Shown piece by piece: positions 36,450-38,540 of a DNA stretch of 38,540 bases (positions are counted from its first letter, which is position 1; each line of letters opens with the position of its first letter). The stretch is taken from positions 73,036,285-73,074,824 of the forward strand of contig NC_068985.1 in assembly GCF_001194135.2 (NCBI RefSeq), in the 5' to 3' direction. The position numbers and the translations under genes were made by a program. The notes beneath the pieces are model-generated. The model saw nothing but the letters and a program-made list of their open reading frames with translations, was not told where the DNA came from and did not search any database. The stretch comes from Octopus bimaculoides (lineage: Eukaryota).

Positions 36450-37400
36450 TACTCAGGAAAGAAGGTGTTATGAAGGAAATTAAGCCCTTGCATGCCTATC
36501 TGGCGAATAATAATGAAAGAATGTTGCAGGCCGCATTGAACGAGAAGGTGGCCAGTGACAATGGTGAGATCCACCAGTATAATATGAGGAGTACCAGAGA
36601 AAAGATCATCAACTGGAAGCCCTACACGGAGAGTTTTTCATACAAACATCAAATGAAGCTGAAGAATCCTGGGGATGGTTAAGACATGGATTATTAAAGA
36701 ACAAGCTTTATGAACCAACTAAAAAAATGTGTAACATTGATAAGAGCAGTCTCACCTTTGTGTAAATTGTGTGGAAAATCATCTGAGACTCTTAGACATA
36801 ATTAGTGGACGTTAAAAAAGGTCGAAAGGAGTACAAAAAACACCATGACAAAGTGGCAATGTCAATACACTGGGAGTTGTGCAAAATGTATGAGCTAAAA
36901 TGTTCCAACAAGTGGTATGAGCACCAACCCTTACCAGCAGCAGAGAATGATCAGGTGAAACTCACATGAAATATGTTAACCTACACTGATAGGAAGCTGC
37001 AACATAACCGACCAGATATCATTCTCCTACGGAAGGAGTCTAGAGAATGGACTTTCAACGACGTAGCTATACCTACCGACCAGCATACTGTGAAGACAAA
37101 GAACGAGAATGCCGAAAAGTGCCAAGACCTAGCACTGGAAGTGAAACGCATCCATGGAGCCTCAAAAGTGTGTGTGATACCTATCGTGATTGGGACGATC
37201 TCAAAGAATGCAATATTCTGTCAGGAAAAGCTGCAAATACCAAACCTCATAGGAAGTATTCAATTGGATGTAATATTTGGAACAGCTCATGTACTGAGAA
37301 AAGTGTTATGTCTCTAAGGTGCAGGAAAGAGCTGAGACGTGACATTGATAACTCCGGAAAGTAAGGTAAATAGAAGGAATATGAATGTTCCTGATCTTGA
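36450..37400 (+). mobile_element. R4/Dong-like fragment 3 (post-RT region, CCHC knuckle, REL endonuclease)
   Basis: LCKLCGKSSETLRHI, HDKVAMSIHWELCKMY, KWYEHQP, TDRKLQHNRPDII, DVAIP.D, EKCQDLALEVKRI, VIPIVIG, GTAHVLRKVL*. Confidence 0.9.
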
Positions 37401-37429
37401 GATAAATATGACCCACTATAGTTGGTAGC

Positions 37430-38130
37430 GTCTAGATTGGAACCAGAAACAGAAGACATTACAACCATTCAGTATCAGCGTCTGCCCATCAGAAACTACC
37501 GAGCATGCATTTTTAAAACTATTCTGCCTGTCACTTTTGTGGGGCAGCTAGGGTAACAATTGTCTACCTCATCTCTGGATATTCTATGTTAGCCTTAAAT
37601 GAATATATTAATCGCCATGATAGACTCGGTCAATGTTGGCACTGGGTCATGTGCCATAGGTTTGAACACCCATATGAGAAAAACTGTTGGGGACATAATC
37701 CTGCCCAAGAATTAGGAAATAAAAACATTACCATTTTTTTTGGACTTTAATATTCAGGCAAATAGGTCTAATATTGTGGCAAAAATTCACATTGCCAAAA
37801 CAAGTCTACTCGTTGATATGTCAGTCGCAGAAGACTGAAACACTTCTGTAAACACATTTTAATGGTTAAGTAGATACAATGGTCTTGATATCAAATTTTC
37901 AAAAATAATAGCAGCAACTGAACTTGTGATCTTTGGCCCTTTAGAAGTAATACCAAATTGTGGTCTTAGACGCTATGGCCTAACGCCAGGAGATCTAGAA
38001 GCTTCAGAACTACAAAGCAATTGTTCTCATGGGCACTATGAAGATTCTAAGAAAAACATTGTCAATTTGAAAATACCTGATTCCCTTAAAAACTCTTTCA
38101 AAATCGAAAAATTACAAGTTAAGTAGAATC
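37430..38130 (+). mobile_element. R4/Dong-like fragment 4 (older, more decayed)
   Basis: ETEDIT..IQYQRLPIRNYR (cf. ETEG.I.AIQDQ.LPTRNY), CHFCG, RHDRLGQCWHWVMC, TIFWDFNIQANRSNIV, LLVDMSV, and KAIVLMGTMKILRKTLSI*. Confidence 0.8.
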
Positions 38131-38324
38131 CTAATTCTCACATTTTGGTCTCCTTTGCCGACAATATGCCATTGCTTAACCGTAAATAACACAAATAGCA
38201 AAATGTTCAACTTGCTATTATTTGAGGTCTCTGAATGAGATTTGGAATAGCTCGGAGAGAAGAAAGCAACGATTACGTAGACAACAGCAGCAGCAGCAGC
38301 AGAAACGATATTAAAAAATACTTT

Positions 38325-38492
38325 ATGATTTTGACATAAGGGCAGCAATTTTGAGAAAGGAGTGAGTCAACTACATCGACCCCAGCGCTTGACCGGCACT
38401 TTGCTTTTATCAATCCAGAATAGATAAAATGATCTGGAAATTAGAACCGGATGAAATACTGCAAAACATTTCTTCCGATCCTCCTCCTGCCG

Positions 38493-38495
<3 letters not shown>
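38325..38495 (-). mobile_element. Degenerate SINE family B copy
   Basis: attttgacataagggcagcaattt..gtcaactacatcgaccccagcgcttgaccggcac..ttttatcaatcc. Confidence 0.65.

Positions 38496-38540
<45 letters not shown>
38496..38540. repeat. (CTA)n microsatellite reaching the window end
   Basis: Directly visible. Confidence 0.95.

Overview
Repeat-dominated, AT-rich eukaryotic sequence with 7 N-gaps, most flanked by microsatellites. The SINE families and microsatellite load resemble an octopus (coleoid cephalopod) genome; this is inferred from recalled repeat consensuses, not from a search. I found no intact host protein-coding gene or functional RNA gene, and most listed ORFs are microsatellite or gap artefacts. 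The window is a layered transposon graveyard. DNA transposons: a decayed hAT (GTF2IRD2/ZBED-type) transposase at 5.1-6.3 kb, three hAT MITEs (one with a perfect 8-bp TSD, one nested in a SINE), a Merlin/ISXO2 transposase fragment, two mariner ends and a Tigger-like end. Retroelements: two decayed APE-type LINEs, many tRNA-headed SINEs, two divergently oriented Penelope-like elements of different lineages (26-31.6 kb), and four head-to-tail R4/Dong-like RLE retrotransposon fragments separated partly by (TAA)n, (TAACCC)n and (CAA)n tracts (34.3-38.1 kb). The + strand Penelope-like element has RT, GIY-YIG and a degenerate minimal hammerhead-ribozyme motif downstream. A tRNA-Val remnant has lost its centre by an apparent microhomology deletion. 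I see no convincing evidence of a wholly new biological system; the best leads are the hammerhead motif and the R4 cluster.
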